A DNA stretch of 64,000 nucleotides, from positions 1 to 64,000 of IMG/VR virus record IMGVR_UViG_3300045988_149468, one strand, 5' to 3'. Shown piece by piece: positions 46,923 through 57,700 of the stretch (position 1 is the first letter of the stretch; the number at the start of each line of letters is the position of its first letter). Below the pieces are notes generated by a model that did not search any database, was not told where the DNA came from, and saw only the letters and a program-made list of their open reading frames with translations. A program made the translations under genes and the position numbers. Source of the DNA: a virus.

Positions 46923-47411
46923 AATAATTTTGCTGTTACATCAGCCGACATAGGTGAAGCATTAATGAGAAGTGCTTCAGCTTTTAAATCTAATGGTATG
47001 GATATAAATGAAGGTATAGGATTAATTGTAGGTGCTCAAGAAACGGTTCAAAATGCGGGTAAAGTAGGAAATAGTTTTAAAACAATGATAAATCGTCTTA
47101 ATGGGGTTACTTACTCTATGAAAGAAGGAGATGTTATTGCTAACAAAACTGCACAAGCATTTGAAAAATTAGCAGGTATCAAAATAGTAGATTGGGATAC
47201 TAACAAAGTAAAAGATGCTTATACTATCTTTAGTCAATTAGCAGATAAATGGGATGATATGAACGATGTTCAAAAAAATGGTATAGCAGACGCATTAGGT
47301 GGTGCTCACCATTTGAACACATTACAAGCTTTAATGAACAACTGGGACACTGTCGTACAATATCAACAAGAATATAACGATGGATTCATGGTTGGATCAG
47401 CTGAAAAAGAG
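46923..47411 (+). CDS. tape measure protein, exon 4
   Basis: 'NNFAVTSADIGEALMRSASAFKSNGMDINEGIGLIVGAQETVQNAGKVGNSFKTMINRL' is the classic TP901-type TMP core. It ends ...GSAEKE. Confidence 0.8.
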
Positions 47412-49000
47412 AAACAACATTCTCCGTATGTACAGAAATGTGCATAGGACACAACTTGAATTGCAGGTACAACCTAAGAGCCTTACACCACAATATTGGA
47501 GAAATCACAATATGAAGGTACGAAAGTAGAAACAACGTAAGGATAGATATAAGGTTAAATCCTAAGTATCTAAATGTAATTAAAGTAATTATTACATTAC
47601 AATGGTAGTTCATGCAGAGAAATTCCTAAATTTAATTTATAAAATCATTGACAATATTTACCATTGGTGTTATTATTTAAATATAATAATTAATAAGGAG
47701 GTGATTATTATGGCAAAAAAATATAATGAAAAAGATATTATTGAAATTTTAGAAAAAAATAATGTGATATTATTATCAAATTATAAAAATAGCACAACAG
47801 AATTAAAAATGATTTGTAGCTGTGGAAAGCATTTTAGTAAATCGTTTAAAATAATGAAACGAAGTGGAAATTTTAAATGTAATGATTGTATAAAAAAAGA
47901 ACAAGTAAAAAAACAAACTATGCCTTATGAAATTGCAAAACAGAGAGTTGAAAACTTAGGATATAAATTGTTAACAACCAAAGAAGAATATATTAAAGCT
48001 AGTGAAAAAAACAAATTACAATGTCCAAATGGGCATATATATGAACAAATATTATTAGATTTATTTAAAGGACACAGATGTAAAAAATGTGCATCTAAAA
48101 TAAACGGAGATAAATCTAAATTTAAATACGAAGATGTTAAAAAGGTTATAACTGATTTAGGATTTGAATTATTATCAGCAGAATATGTAAATAATGATAC
48201 TCCTTTAAAAGTTAAATGTAAAAAATGTAATCATATATTTTCCCCAACTTTACATAATTTAAAAAACGGAACTGGCTGTCCAAATTGTTATTCAAAAATT
48301 AGGGGTAAATCTACAATCATACCATACGAGGATAGAGTAAATTATGTTGAAAATTTTAATTATAAAATCTTAACACCAAAAGAAGAATATATTAATGGTG
48401 AAAATAAGGTGAAATTAAAATGTTCAAAAGGACATATTTATGAAGCTAGATTGCATGATTTTTACATTGGAAATAGATGTCCGCATTGTAAGGAATCTAA
48501 AGGTGAAAGAAAAATTGAAAGATTTTTAAAAGAAAATGACATTAGATTTGAAAAACAATACATTATAAAAAGATGTAAATTTAAAAGATATTTACCTTTT
48601 GATTTTTATTTACCTGATTATAACCTTCTTATAGAATATGATGGGAAGCAACATTTTGAAATAAGTGATTATTTTGGGGGTTATGAAAGTTTCATAGATA
48701 CCAAGATAAGAGATACAATTAAAAACATTTATTGTCAAAATAATAACATAGATTTATTGAGAATCTCTTATTGGGATTATAAAAATATTGAGAATATATT
48801 GGCTGATAAATTAAAATTAAACAAGGAAAACTTTCAACGACTAGAGTTGAGATACTCGTAGGATATAAGCGATTGATATCCGAAGTGGGTTGCCCCTAAC
48901 GTAAAGACGAGGGTGAAGAAATAGTCTGCTCATCTATAGAAATATAGAGAAGTTCATAAGAGAACTGCATAGGTATAGCGAATCTATGTGAACAAAAAGG
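47412..49000 (+). mobile_element. group I intron 4 of the tape-measure gene, carrying a nuclease ORF
   Basis: The 5' part (GAG|AA-ACAACA-TTCTC, AATTGCAGGTAC, AATCCTAAGT) and 3' part (ACGACTA 48837-48843, AAATAGTC 48919-48926, GAAGTTCATAAGAGAACTG 48949-48967) are split by a 1.15-kb ORF. That ORF has its own TTGACA promoter and box (47680-47696). Confidence 0.75.
47710..48861 (+). CDS. intron-encoded homing-endonuclease candidate: four tandem zinc-ribbon modules plus a Vsr/DUF559-like PD-(D/E)XK nuclease domain
   Basis: There are four repeats of '...C..G/C......F..G..CP.C'. The C-terminus is 'GERKIERFLKENDIRFEKQY...LPFDFYLPDYNLLIEYDGKQHFE'. ATG at 47710 follows a GGAGGTG RBS. The ORF 3' end overlaps the intron core. 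Confidence 0.65.
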   Translation: MAKKYNEKDIIEILEKNNVILLSNYKNSTTELKMICSCGKHFSKSFKIMKRSGNFKCNDCIKKEQVKKQTMPYEIAKQRVENLGYKLLTTKEEYIKASEKNKLQCPNGHIYEQILLDLFKGHRCKKCASKINGDKSKFKYEDVKKVITDLGFELLSAEYVNNDTPLKVKCKKCNHIFSPTLHNLKNGTGCPNCYSKIRGKSTIIPYEDRVNYVENFNYKILTPKEEYINGENKVKLKCSKGHIYEARLHDFYIGNRCPHCKESKGERKIERFLKENDIRFEKQYIIKRCKFKRYLPFDFYLPDYNLLIEYDGKQHFEISDYFGGYESFIDTKIRDTIKNIYCQNNNIDLLRISYWDYKNIENILADKLKLNKENFQRLELRYS

Positions 49001-52000
49001 AATGCTAGATTTATAGATAGCATAGAAGGTAAAATAACAAAATTAAAAGAACAATTTAATAGTTTGGTTACAACTACAATAAGTACGGATAGTGTTAAAA
49101 CATTTTTAGATGTATTAACAAGTGTATTAGAAACAGTTAATGGTATAGTAAAAGCATTTGATAATATAGGTATGTCTGCTCCTTTGATGATTGGTGTTTT
49201 TGCTAGTTTAGGTAAAACTATAAAAGCTTTAGGTACAGGTTCAGCATTAACTGTGACTGGGGGAAGTATATTTTCAAATTTATTAGGTAGAGCTGGTGTT
49301 CAAATACCACAAACTCTACAACAAAGTACTACTGCAACTGAAGGATTTAGAGTAGCTTTAACTAATGTAAGTGGAGCATCTATGTTAGCTTCAGCAAAAA
49401 CTGCTGTTTTAACTGCGGGTGTAACATTATTAAATACAGTTATGACAGGATTAGCTATTGGTGCTATTGCTTTAGTTTGTAAAGCTTTATATGATTATGT
49501 CAATGCTAATCAAATTGCACATGATAGAATAGAAGATAATATTGATACTACTAAAAGTAATATTAATAGTTATACCAAACAAAAGAATAGCTTAAAAGGT
49601 ATTGCAGAAGAATATGATAATTTAGCGGACAAAACTAATAAAAGTACAAAAGAATCTGAAAGATATCATGAATTACAACAACAAATAGCTGATACTGCAC
49701 CAGATTTAGTTTTAGGACAAGATTCTAATGGAAATCCAATTTTAGCTTTAAATGGATCATTAGAAGATTATATAGATAATTTAGATAGTGCAATAAAAAG
49801 AGAACAAGAGTTTTTAAAAATTCAACAAAATGCATTAGCAAATACTTCAATAGGGAATTTAGTTAAATATACTAAAGATAGAAGTATAGTTGAGTCATCT
49901 CTTGGGAATATGACAAACTTTTCAGATGCATGGGACGATAGTGGTTCATGGTGGAATAAAAAAGGATTAAAAAATGCTAAAGATGGCGCTGATGCCTATG
50001 TTCGTATAGTGCAAGAAAGAAATGATAAAGTAAATAAACTTAATAAAACTTTAACAGAACATTTTACTGAAGTTTCTCAAATAGAAGCAGAACAACAACA
50101 AAAAGTATTTAATGAATTAGGAGATGAATATCTTTATAAAAATTATAATAAGTTATCTAAAGACGGAATTAAGAATACTAAAAATATTATGGATACACTT
50201 ATTGGTAATTTTAACTGGGGTAGTGAAGTCGTAGATACAGTAGCGAAACAAAAGGATTTCATAGAAAGTTTTGATGAAATAGCTTCTAAAGTTGGTAAAA
50301 GCAAAGAAGAAATGCAAGAATGGAATAAAACTTTAAGTGAAGCTAATTATGCTTTCCAAGAAACAGGTGATTATGAACAATTCCAAAAAGACATAAGTGG
50401 TATAACTGAAGAATTAGAAAAAATGACTGGAATTGACGCTGAAAAATGGGCAATTGGATTTACACCAGCTTTACAAGGTTCATTAGATGCTGATTCTATA
50501 GCATTGAGTAAATTTTTAAAGAATTATAATAAAACACTTACAGAACTTAAATCTGGTGATAAAGTAGCAATAAGAATACAAGCCGAATATGAAGATACCA
50601 ATGATTTCATACAAAAGATAACTAATATGGAAGATAGACAGCAACAGATTGATTATATGGTTAAAATTAATACTGGTGAAGTTGAATATGGCAATCTTCC
50701 TTACCAAATTCAAGAAATGATTAAAGGTACTCTTGATGGTGGTAAAACAATGCAAGATTGGGAATCTGATGTTGTTATGAGAATTGCTACTGAAATTCAA
50801 TCTAATGGTGAATTAGATGATAAAACATTTGATTTAATTGCTAGAATGTTAAATGGTGAATTAACCGATACGGAAATTAAAGCAGGGATAACATTACCTA
50901 GTGGTGATGTATTAAATGCACAACTTGTTGGTGAAATAAATGAGGTTAATAAAAATAAAGATAAAAACATTAAAGTAGGAATTGAAGCTGATTCAGAGAA
51001 ATTAGATGAAGATTTATCTACCATTTTAGGTGATAAAGAAGAAGCTAAACAGTTAAAAGTTGATTTAGTTACTAATTTTAATGAAGATAAATTTGAAACA
51101 TTCAATGAATTAATTAAAGATATGGATTCTGATAAACAAATTCAAATAGCTACTGCTTTTGTTAATAATGGTGATGCAGATCCAGATGAAATAGAACAAT
51201 TTATATCATCTTTACCTGATGAAATCCAAAAGATAGTTAGAATTAAGTATGAAGAAAGTGGCAAAAATGATGTTGAAAATAGTGTGTTTAATGAATCTAA
51301 AGTACAGACAATTATACTTGATGCTGATGATGAAAAGGCACAAGCTAAGATTAAGAAATTAGGTAAAACGCTAGATGATATGGACGGTGTTGATAGAAAT
51401 ATTAAAGTTGGTATTATTGAAAATGCTGGTACAGGTAATGTAAAAGATATGATGAAAGCATTAGATTTAGTAAAAGATTTACCAGAAGAAAAAAGATTGG
51501 ATGTTATAAGTAATTTACAAGATATAATGGTAAACTTTTCTGAAGCTGACAAAAAACAACTTAAACCTAAAATAATGGAAATACTTGGTGATAATTCTGA
51601 TGCTAATTCTAAAATAGATAACACAAACGCAAAAGATACCCCAGACAAGAATTTGGATATTAATGCTAACGATAACGCTAGTAATAAAATTCATAAGGTA
51701 CAACAAGAAAGTATAGCCGACAAATTCTTCAACATAGTTGTTGGCGTAAAAGAAACCGTTGCAGGTGCATGGAAAGCTCTAACTAGTGGTGTAGGTGGAT
51801 TATATTCTAAAGGTGATAATAGTACTATAAAACACAAGTCAATTAGTGAATTTTCTAATATAGGAGATAACCCAATAGATGTTGATAGTGCTACACCAAC
51901 AGCTCAAAGTATGGATTTTAACTCTATGTCGGATAGTCCTTCAGTAGTAGATTCTGATTCAACAATAGATAATACAAGCTCAGCTATTAGTAAAGTAAAA

Positions 52001-53935
52001 GCATTTACTACTCAAGCATTAAGAGGATTTACAGATATAGGTAAAACAACTACAATAGGTACAAAAATAGACATAAAGAAAAACACATTAGATTCTATAG
52101 AGTATGCTGTAAACTTAATGCAAGAATTAGAATATCGTATTGATAATGTCAATGATAAATTATCTTTATTGGATGTTAAAATGGAAAATGCAGTAGGTAC
52201 TAAGAAAATTGAATACTTACAAAAACAAAATGCGTTATATGAAGAACAAGCTAAATTACAAAAAGAACTTTATGATAATTTAACTCAAGAAAAGCAAATA
52301 GTTAAAGATAAATTAAGAACATATGGTTTTACAATAGATGCACAAGGGAATCTTAGAAATTATGAAGAAACACTTCTTAAAATGGAAAAAAGAGCTAAAG
52401 AGCTAGAAGACCAAGCCGAAAAAACTAGTAAAAAAGCATCAGATTATGATACTAAAAGTAATAGTAAGTCTAGTAAGAAAACTAAAAAGTCATTACAAAA
52501 GAAAGCCGATAGTTCTAAAGACGCTTCAGATAAATATAAAGAAAAACTTGAAAAGGTAAAAGATTTAACGGAACAATATCTAAAAATGCAAAGAGATGAA
52601 ATTCCAGATGCAGAAAAAGAATGGTTAGAAATGCAAAATGCTATTAAAAAAAATAATGATGAAATAGAAAAGTTAGAATTAGAAGATAAATTATATAAAT
52701 TCAAAAATAGTGTTACTGGATTGACTAATCAATATGACATATGGGGAGATAAAATTGACTTAATAGATACTAAGCTAAACAATTCATTACAAACAGATAA
52801 GGTTTCTTTATATCAACAAAAATTATCAGCTTTAAATAAACAACTTGAAATACAAGAAAAAACATTAGAATCTTTAAAAAATCAATTACCAGTTTATCAA
52901 GAAGCATTATCGAAATATGGTGTTCAGTTTGGAGAAAATGGTAATATCATCAATATGTCTAATGTATTAAATGAATATCAAAATAGTGAAGATTTAGAAA
53001 AGATTAATGATTTAATGAAAGAATATAATGACTTAATCAGAGATACAATTCCAAATGCACAACAAGAATATGAAGATTTGAATAATGCAATTCAAGATGT
53101 TTATAATAGTCAATTAGATGTTGTAAAAGATATTGAAGATAAGATTACTGATGTTATTAAGGATCAAATTGATAAACGTAAAGATTTAATTCAAAAACAA
53201 TATGATAAAGAAATTGAATTACTTAATAAACGAAAAGATGAATATAATAACAATAAAAATACAAATGATTATTATAAAAACTTAGAAGAAGCACAATCTG
53301 AAATTGATAAAATACAAGCTAAAATTAATAGACTAAGTTTTGACAATTCATTATCTAGTAAAAGTAAGATAAGCGATTTAATGGATGATTTAAAAGATGC
53401 ACAAGATAAATATAATGATTTAGTTAACGATAGACAAGACGATTTAATTAATAATATGTATGACGATGAAATTGATAAACTTCAAAAAGAACAAGAAGAT
53501 AAAATACAAGAGCTTGAAGATAAATGGTCAGATAGTAAAATAGCTGAATTAGTTGCTAATGCGTTAGGTACACAACAATTTATAGATATTGACGGAAATG
53601 TTCATAATTTACAAGATACACTGCTTAGTTTTGCTGAAGAAAGTGGAGATGCATTAGGAATATTAGGTGATAAGATTAAAAGTGAATTAGTATTAAATCT
53701 TCAAGATGCTTTAGAATATGCTAAAGATTATAGTAATATATTTGACAACTTAGGATTAAAACATCTAGGTAATGTAAACTATAGTGATAAACTTAATAAC
53801 AAAACATTACGAGTTGATGATATAAGTATTAATGTATATGGTACTGACAACATGGATGAACAAAAAATAGCTAAAGAAGTAGCTAAACAACTTGATGGTA
53901 AATTTAGTGAAATAACAAATGGAGGACTTTTATAG
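49001..53935 (+). CDS. tape measure protein, exon 5
   Basis: It starts 'NARFIDSIEGKITKLKEQFNSL', which joins ...GSAEKE as in uninterrupted TMPs (from my recollection of the family). Hydrophobic segments and ~1,400 aa of coiled coil follow. Confidence 0.8.
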   Translation, partial: NARFIDSIEGKITKLKEQFNSLVTTTISTDSVKTFLDVLTSVLETVNGIVKAFDNIGMSAPLMIGVFASLGKTIKALGTGSALTVTGGSIFSNLLGRAGVQIPQTLQQSTTATEGFRVALTNVSGASMLASAKTAVLTAGVTLLNTVMTGLAIGAIALVCKALYDYVNANQIAHDRIEDNIDTTKSNINSYTKQKNSLKGIAEEYDNLADKTNKSTKESERYHELQQQIADTAPDLVLGQDSNGNPILALNGSLEDYIDNLDSAIKREQEFLKIQQNALANTSIGNLVKYTKDRSIVESSLGNMTNFSDAWDDSGSWWNKKGLKNAKDGADAYVRIVQERNDKVNKLNKTLTEHFTEVSQIEAEQQQKVFNELGDEYLYKNYNKLSKDGIKNTKNIMDTLIGNFNWGSEVVDTVAKQKDFIESFDEIASKVGKSKEEMQEWNKTLSEANYAFQETGDYEQFQKDISGITEELEKMTGIDAEKWAIGFTPALQGSLDADSIALSKFLKNYNKTLTELKSGDKVAIRIQAEYEDTNDFIQKITNMEDRQQQIDYMVKINTGEVEYGNLPYQIQEMIKGTLDGGKTMQDWESDVVMRIATEIQSNGELDDKTFDLIARMLNGELTDTEIKAGITLPSGDVLNAQLVGEINEVNKNKDKNIKVGIEADSEKLDEDLSTILGDKEEAKQLKVDLVTNFNEDKFETFNELIKDMDSDKQIQIATAFVNNGDADPDEIEQFISSLPDEIQKIVRIKYEESGKNDVENSVFNESKVQTIILDADDEKAQAKIKKLGKTLDDMDGVDRNIKVGIIENAGTGNVKDMMKALDLVKDLPEEKRLDVISNLQDIMVNFSEADKKQLKPKIMEILGDNSDANSKIDNTNAKDTPDKNLDINANDNASNKIHKVQQESIADKFFNIVVGVKETVAGAWKALTSGVGGLYSKGDNSTIKHKSISEFSNIGDNPIDVDSATPTAQSMDFNSMSDSPSVVDSDSTIDNTSSAISKVKAFTTQALRGFTDIGKTTTIGTKIDIKKNTLDSIEYAVNLMQELEYRIDNVNDKLSLLDVKMENAVGTKKIEYLQKQNALYEEQAKLQKELYDNLTQEKQIVKDKLRTYGFTIDAQGNLRNYEETLLKMEKRAKELEDQAEKTSKKASDYDTKSNSKSSKKTKKSLQKKADSSKDASDKYKEKLEKVKDLTEQYLKMQRDEIPDAEKEWLEMQNAIKKNNDEIEKLELEDKLYKFKNSVTGLTNQYDIWGDKIDLIDTKLNNSLQTDKVSLYQQKLSALNKQLEIQEKTLESLKNQLPVYQEALSKYGVQFGENGNIINMSNVLNEYQNSEDLEKINDLMKEYNDLIRDTIPNAQQEYEDLNNAIQDVYNSQLDVVKDIEDKITDVIKDQIDKRKDLIQKQYDKEIELLNKRKDEYNNNKNTNDYYKNLEEAQSEIDKIQAKINRLSFDNSLSSKSKISDLMDDLKDAQDKYNDLVNDRQDDLINNMYDDEIDKLQKEQEDKIQELEDKWSDSKIAELVANALGTQQFIDIDGNVHNLQDTLLSFAEESGDALGILGDKIKSELVLNLQDALEYAKDYSNIFDNLGLKHLGNVNYSDKLNNKTLRVDDISINVYGTDNMDEQKIAKEVAKQLDGKFSEITNGGLL

Positions 53936-53970
53936 TTCTCCTTTTTTATATTATAGAAAGGAGGATAATC

Positions 53971-54708
53971 ATGTTTTTAAGTCCTTATTTTTCATTTAAA
54001 GGGATTGATTGTAGAAATTATTTTATAATGATAACTACTACTGATAAAGATGATATAGTAGAAGTCGGTGTTCCATACAAAACAAATTTAACAATGGAAA
54101 ATTCATTTCATTATACGGAAGAAGATGAAACTCCAGATCCAATAGAATTTAATCTAACATTAGTAGATGAAAATAGAATACCTTTAAAATGGACGAATGA
54201 ATATTTTCAAAATATTAAAGATTGGTTGATAAGCGATGATTTTGAAGAATTTGTAAGTTATGATAATCCAGAGTATGTTTATTATTTTAAATGTATAAGT
54301 ATAGTAAAAAATTTCACATATGGTAAAGAAGGTTGGATAACTACAACATTTCAACCTTTAAATCATTATGCATATAAAAAACTGAACATCGATAAACTTG
54401 TGGATGGAAAAGAATATATTGAAATTAATAATATAACTAAAAAGGATTATGAACCAAAAATAATAATTAATAATCTAGGTACAGAAAATAAAACAATAAG
54501 AATAAATAATATGTTATTAAAAGATATAAAGAATAATGAAAATGTAACAATAGATAATTATATGTGTACTATATATGGGGATATGACTGGAAATTTATTA
54601 TCTAATAGTAATAGAAATTGGATTGTATTAAAACCTGGTCTAAATAAGATTCTAGTAGAGGGAAGTATGTTTATAAATATATTATGTGAATTTCCAGTCA
54701 TAATATAA
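53971..54708 (+). CDS. distal tail protein (Dit, siphovirus tail component)
   Basis: It lies immediately after the TMP gene. The N-terminus 'SPYFSFKGIDCRNYF' is typical of this family. Confidence 0.65.
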   Translation: MFLSPYFSFKGIDCRNYFIMITTTDKDDIVEVGVPYKTNLTMENSFHYTEEDETPDPIEFNLTLVDENRIPLKWTNEYFQNIKDWLISDDFEEFVSYDNPEYVYYFKCISIVKNFTYGKEGWITTTFQPLNHYAYKKLNIDKLVDGKEYIEINNITKKDYEPKIIINNLGTENKTIRINNMLLKDIKNNENVTIDNYMCTIYGDMTGNLLSNSNRNWIVLKPGLNKILVEGSMFINILCEFPVII

Positions 54709-54721
54709 GGAGGGGGATCAT

Positions 54722-57700
54722 TTGAAAATTAAACAATTAAGAACGATTAATAAATTAGAATTATGTAAAATTAATAAAACAATAATTGGAGAAATACCAA
54801 TCAAATTTTTAACTGAAGAAGAGTGTAAATTAGATGAAATTGGAACGTTAAATTTACAAATTCCTAAATATTTTCAAGATAATCACACTTTAAAAAAGAC
54901 AGAAGTATTAATCTATGATGATTTAAAGAATGAAAGATTTATAAAAGTAAATGAGTCAGATTATTATGTTATTAAAGAAATTAAAGAAGATAAAATAAAC
55001 AAAGTTAAAACAATTACAACTTATTCATATGAAAAGAAATTAGAAAAAAATAATATAGTTTTATCAGATATATCTTTATCACTACTTGATGTTGATGAAG
55101 AAAATGAAATATATTCTTTTAATGACGAATTGTATAAAACAACAGGTTGGAGTTTAGGGTATGTTGATGATACAGTAAGATATGATGAAACTGGTAGACC
55201 TAGAGTTAGAGTTCAAGAAAATACTGATACAAGCTTTTATCAATTTATTAAAGAAACAATTCAAGAACAATTTTGTTGTATTGCTGATTTTGATATTAAA
55301 AATAAAAAAGTAAATCTTTATGATGAAGATAGTTTTGGTGATGAGATAAAGATAATATTAAATAAAGATAATTATCTTAAAAATTTAGAAAATACAAGTA
55401 ATACTACTAGTTTAGTAACTCAACTAACATTACAAGGGAATGAAGATAAATGTATTGTTGAAGATGCAAATCCTAATGGAACAAATTATATAGAAGATTA
55501 TTCATACTTTGTTGAAACGGAAGAAATGAGTGAAGAATTAATTAATGCTTTAAACTTATATAATAAATTAACTGAAAAAAGAATAGCTGAATGGAGAGAA
55601 TTAAATACTCAAAAATCAATATTATTATCAGATATAAATAATAAAACAGGCAACGAAAATATTCTCACAAGCATGGTGAAAGAATATGAAAATTATATTA
55701 TAGCACATGAAAATATTGAAGAAGAAGGTATGGAATATGATTTAACTGATTTCAAAAATCAATTACAAATAAAAAGAGATGAATTAGTTGAATTAAATAA
55801 AGAATTAACTGATTTAGAACAACAATTAAATAATGTGAATAATAGAATTAAAGAATTAAATGGGTTGATTTTAAAAGAAACATCTAAGGATGGACAAGGT
55901 AATTTCATATTTAATGATAAACTATTAGATGAATTAAAAGAGTTTACATATAATGATACTTATTCAGAAGATTCTTTTATAGATGCTAATGAAATATTAA
56001 GAACTGGAAGACATTTATTAGAAAGTAAATGTAAACCAACAGTTGAATATTCTATTGATGTAAATGATTTTACAAGTAGAATAATATCAAACAAAACAAA
56101 AGGTGAATGGCAAGGAGAATTATCATTAGGAGATTTAATAGTATTATATGATAAAGAAACTAAAAAAGAAGAATATGTTTATTTTGTTGGTTGGAATAAA
56201 AAATACAATTATCAAAATGATTCGAATAGTGTCACAACAGAACTATCATTAGATCTATCTAACAAAAAAACGAATAAAACTAATACAAAAGTTATAGCCG
56301 ACTTATTAAAAGATAGCAAAAATAATAAAAAACAAATAAATTCAACAAAACATTTATTGAATGACCAAAAATATAATAGATTTAAATCTAATTTATTAAA
56401 TAATGAAGATATACTTTTGGACTTAGATGAACCTAGGCTGAACGATATGACTAAAGTTACAGGTATTGATTTAAATATATCAACTTTAACATTAGACATA
56501 AATGTTAGTAAACAAATAAAAGCATATGTTAGACCTACAACAGCAAAAAATACAAATGTTATATGGTCATCTTCAGATAACAATATAGCTACTGTGAGTA
56601 CTACTGGACTTGTTAAAGGTGTTAACTATGGTTCTTGTACAATAACAGCTATTACTGAAGAGGGTAATTTTAAATCTGTTTGTCAAGTTACTATTCAAAA
56701 ATCAATTGAAAATGAAGTTAAAGTAACTGGTGTTCAAGTATTAAATAGTAATATAGCACTTGATATTGGAGAAGAAGAATATATAATTCCAAATATTTTA
56801 CCTAATAATGCTACAAATCAAGACGTAACTTATGTTAGTAGTTCTCCTACTATTGCTACTGTAGATAATACTGGTAAAATTACAGGCGTTAATTATGGTA
56901 TTTGTGAAATAAAAGTTATACCTGTAGATAATCCTGAGATATCAGCTAGATGCTATATTTCAATTAGCACAGAAGACAAAAAGGATTATACAACCCTAAA
57001 CAATGCATTATTTATAGGTGATGGCAGAATTGCTGAAATGAATAGTTTAGGTATACTTAATAAATTATATGTTGATGCTAAAGCCGATGTTGATATAACT
57101 TACTTTAATAGTAGAATAAATACTTATCCTGTAAATCCAACTTGTATAATTGTAATGCCTAATATAAATGATTTAAGTGAACAAGGCGCATTTAATGTTA
57201 AGACATTATTAACTACTTTAAAAAATAAGTACCCAACTAAAAATATTTATCTTGTAACTCCATTACCAGTAGGTGTAAATTATGAAAGTTCTAAATTATA
57301 TTCTGAAGTTAATAATCAAATTACCAAATTTAATTCATTAATAAAAGATTATGCTAATTTGTTAAATGTTAAGAGTGTAAATGCTAATTTAAACTTAGTA
57401 ACAAATGGTACATTAAATAGTTATTATAGTAAAGATGGATATTATTTAACTGAAACAGGATATAGGATATTATGTAATAATATTACTAATACCATTTTAA
57501 ATTATATGAATGTTAAACAAGATACACCAAAAGACGATGATGATAAAAAAGATGATGATAATAATTCTAGTGGTGGATTAAGTAAACAAAGACAATTAAT
57601 AATTGACAGAGCTGAGGAAATTGTTAAGATGTGTAAAAATGGTAAAACTTGGTATAGTCAATATAATAGAACAACAGATTGGAATAAGAAACAAATAATA

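Noticed and set aside
45690-49064. The tape-measure gene as a frameshifted or decayed pseudogene (stops at 45698 and 47447)
   Set aside because: The interruptions are discrete ~350-nt (or ORF-containing) blocks with group I core strings. Removing them restores a single frame and family-typical junction sequence, so introns explain the breaks better than decay.
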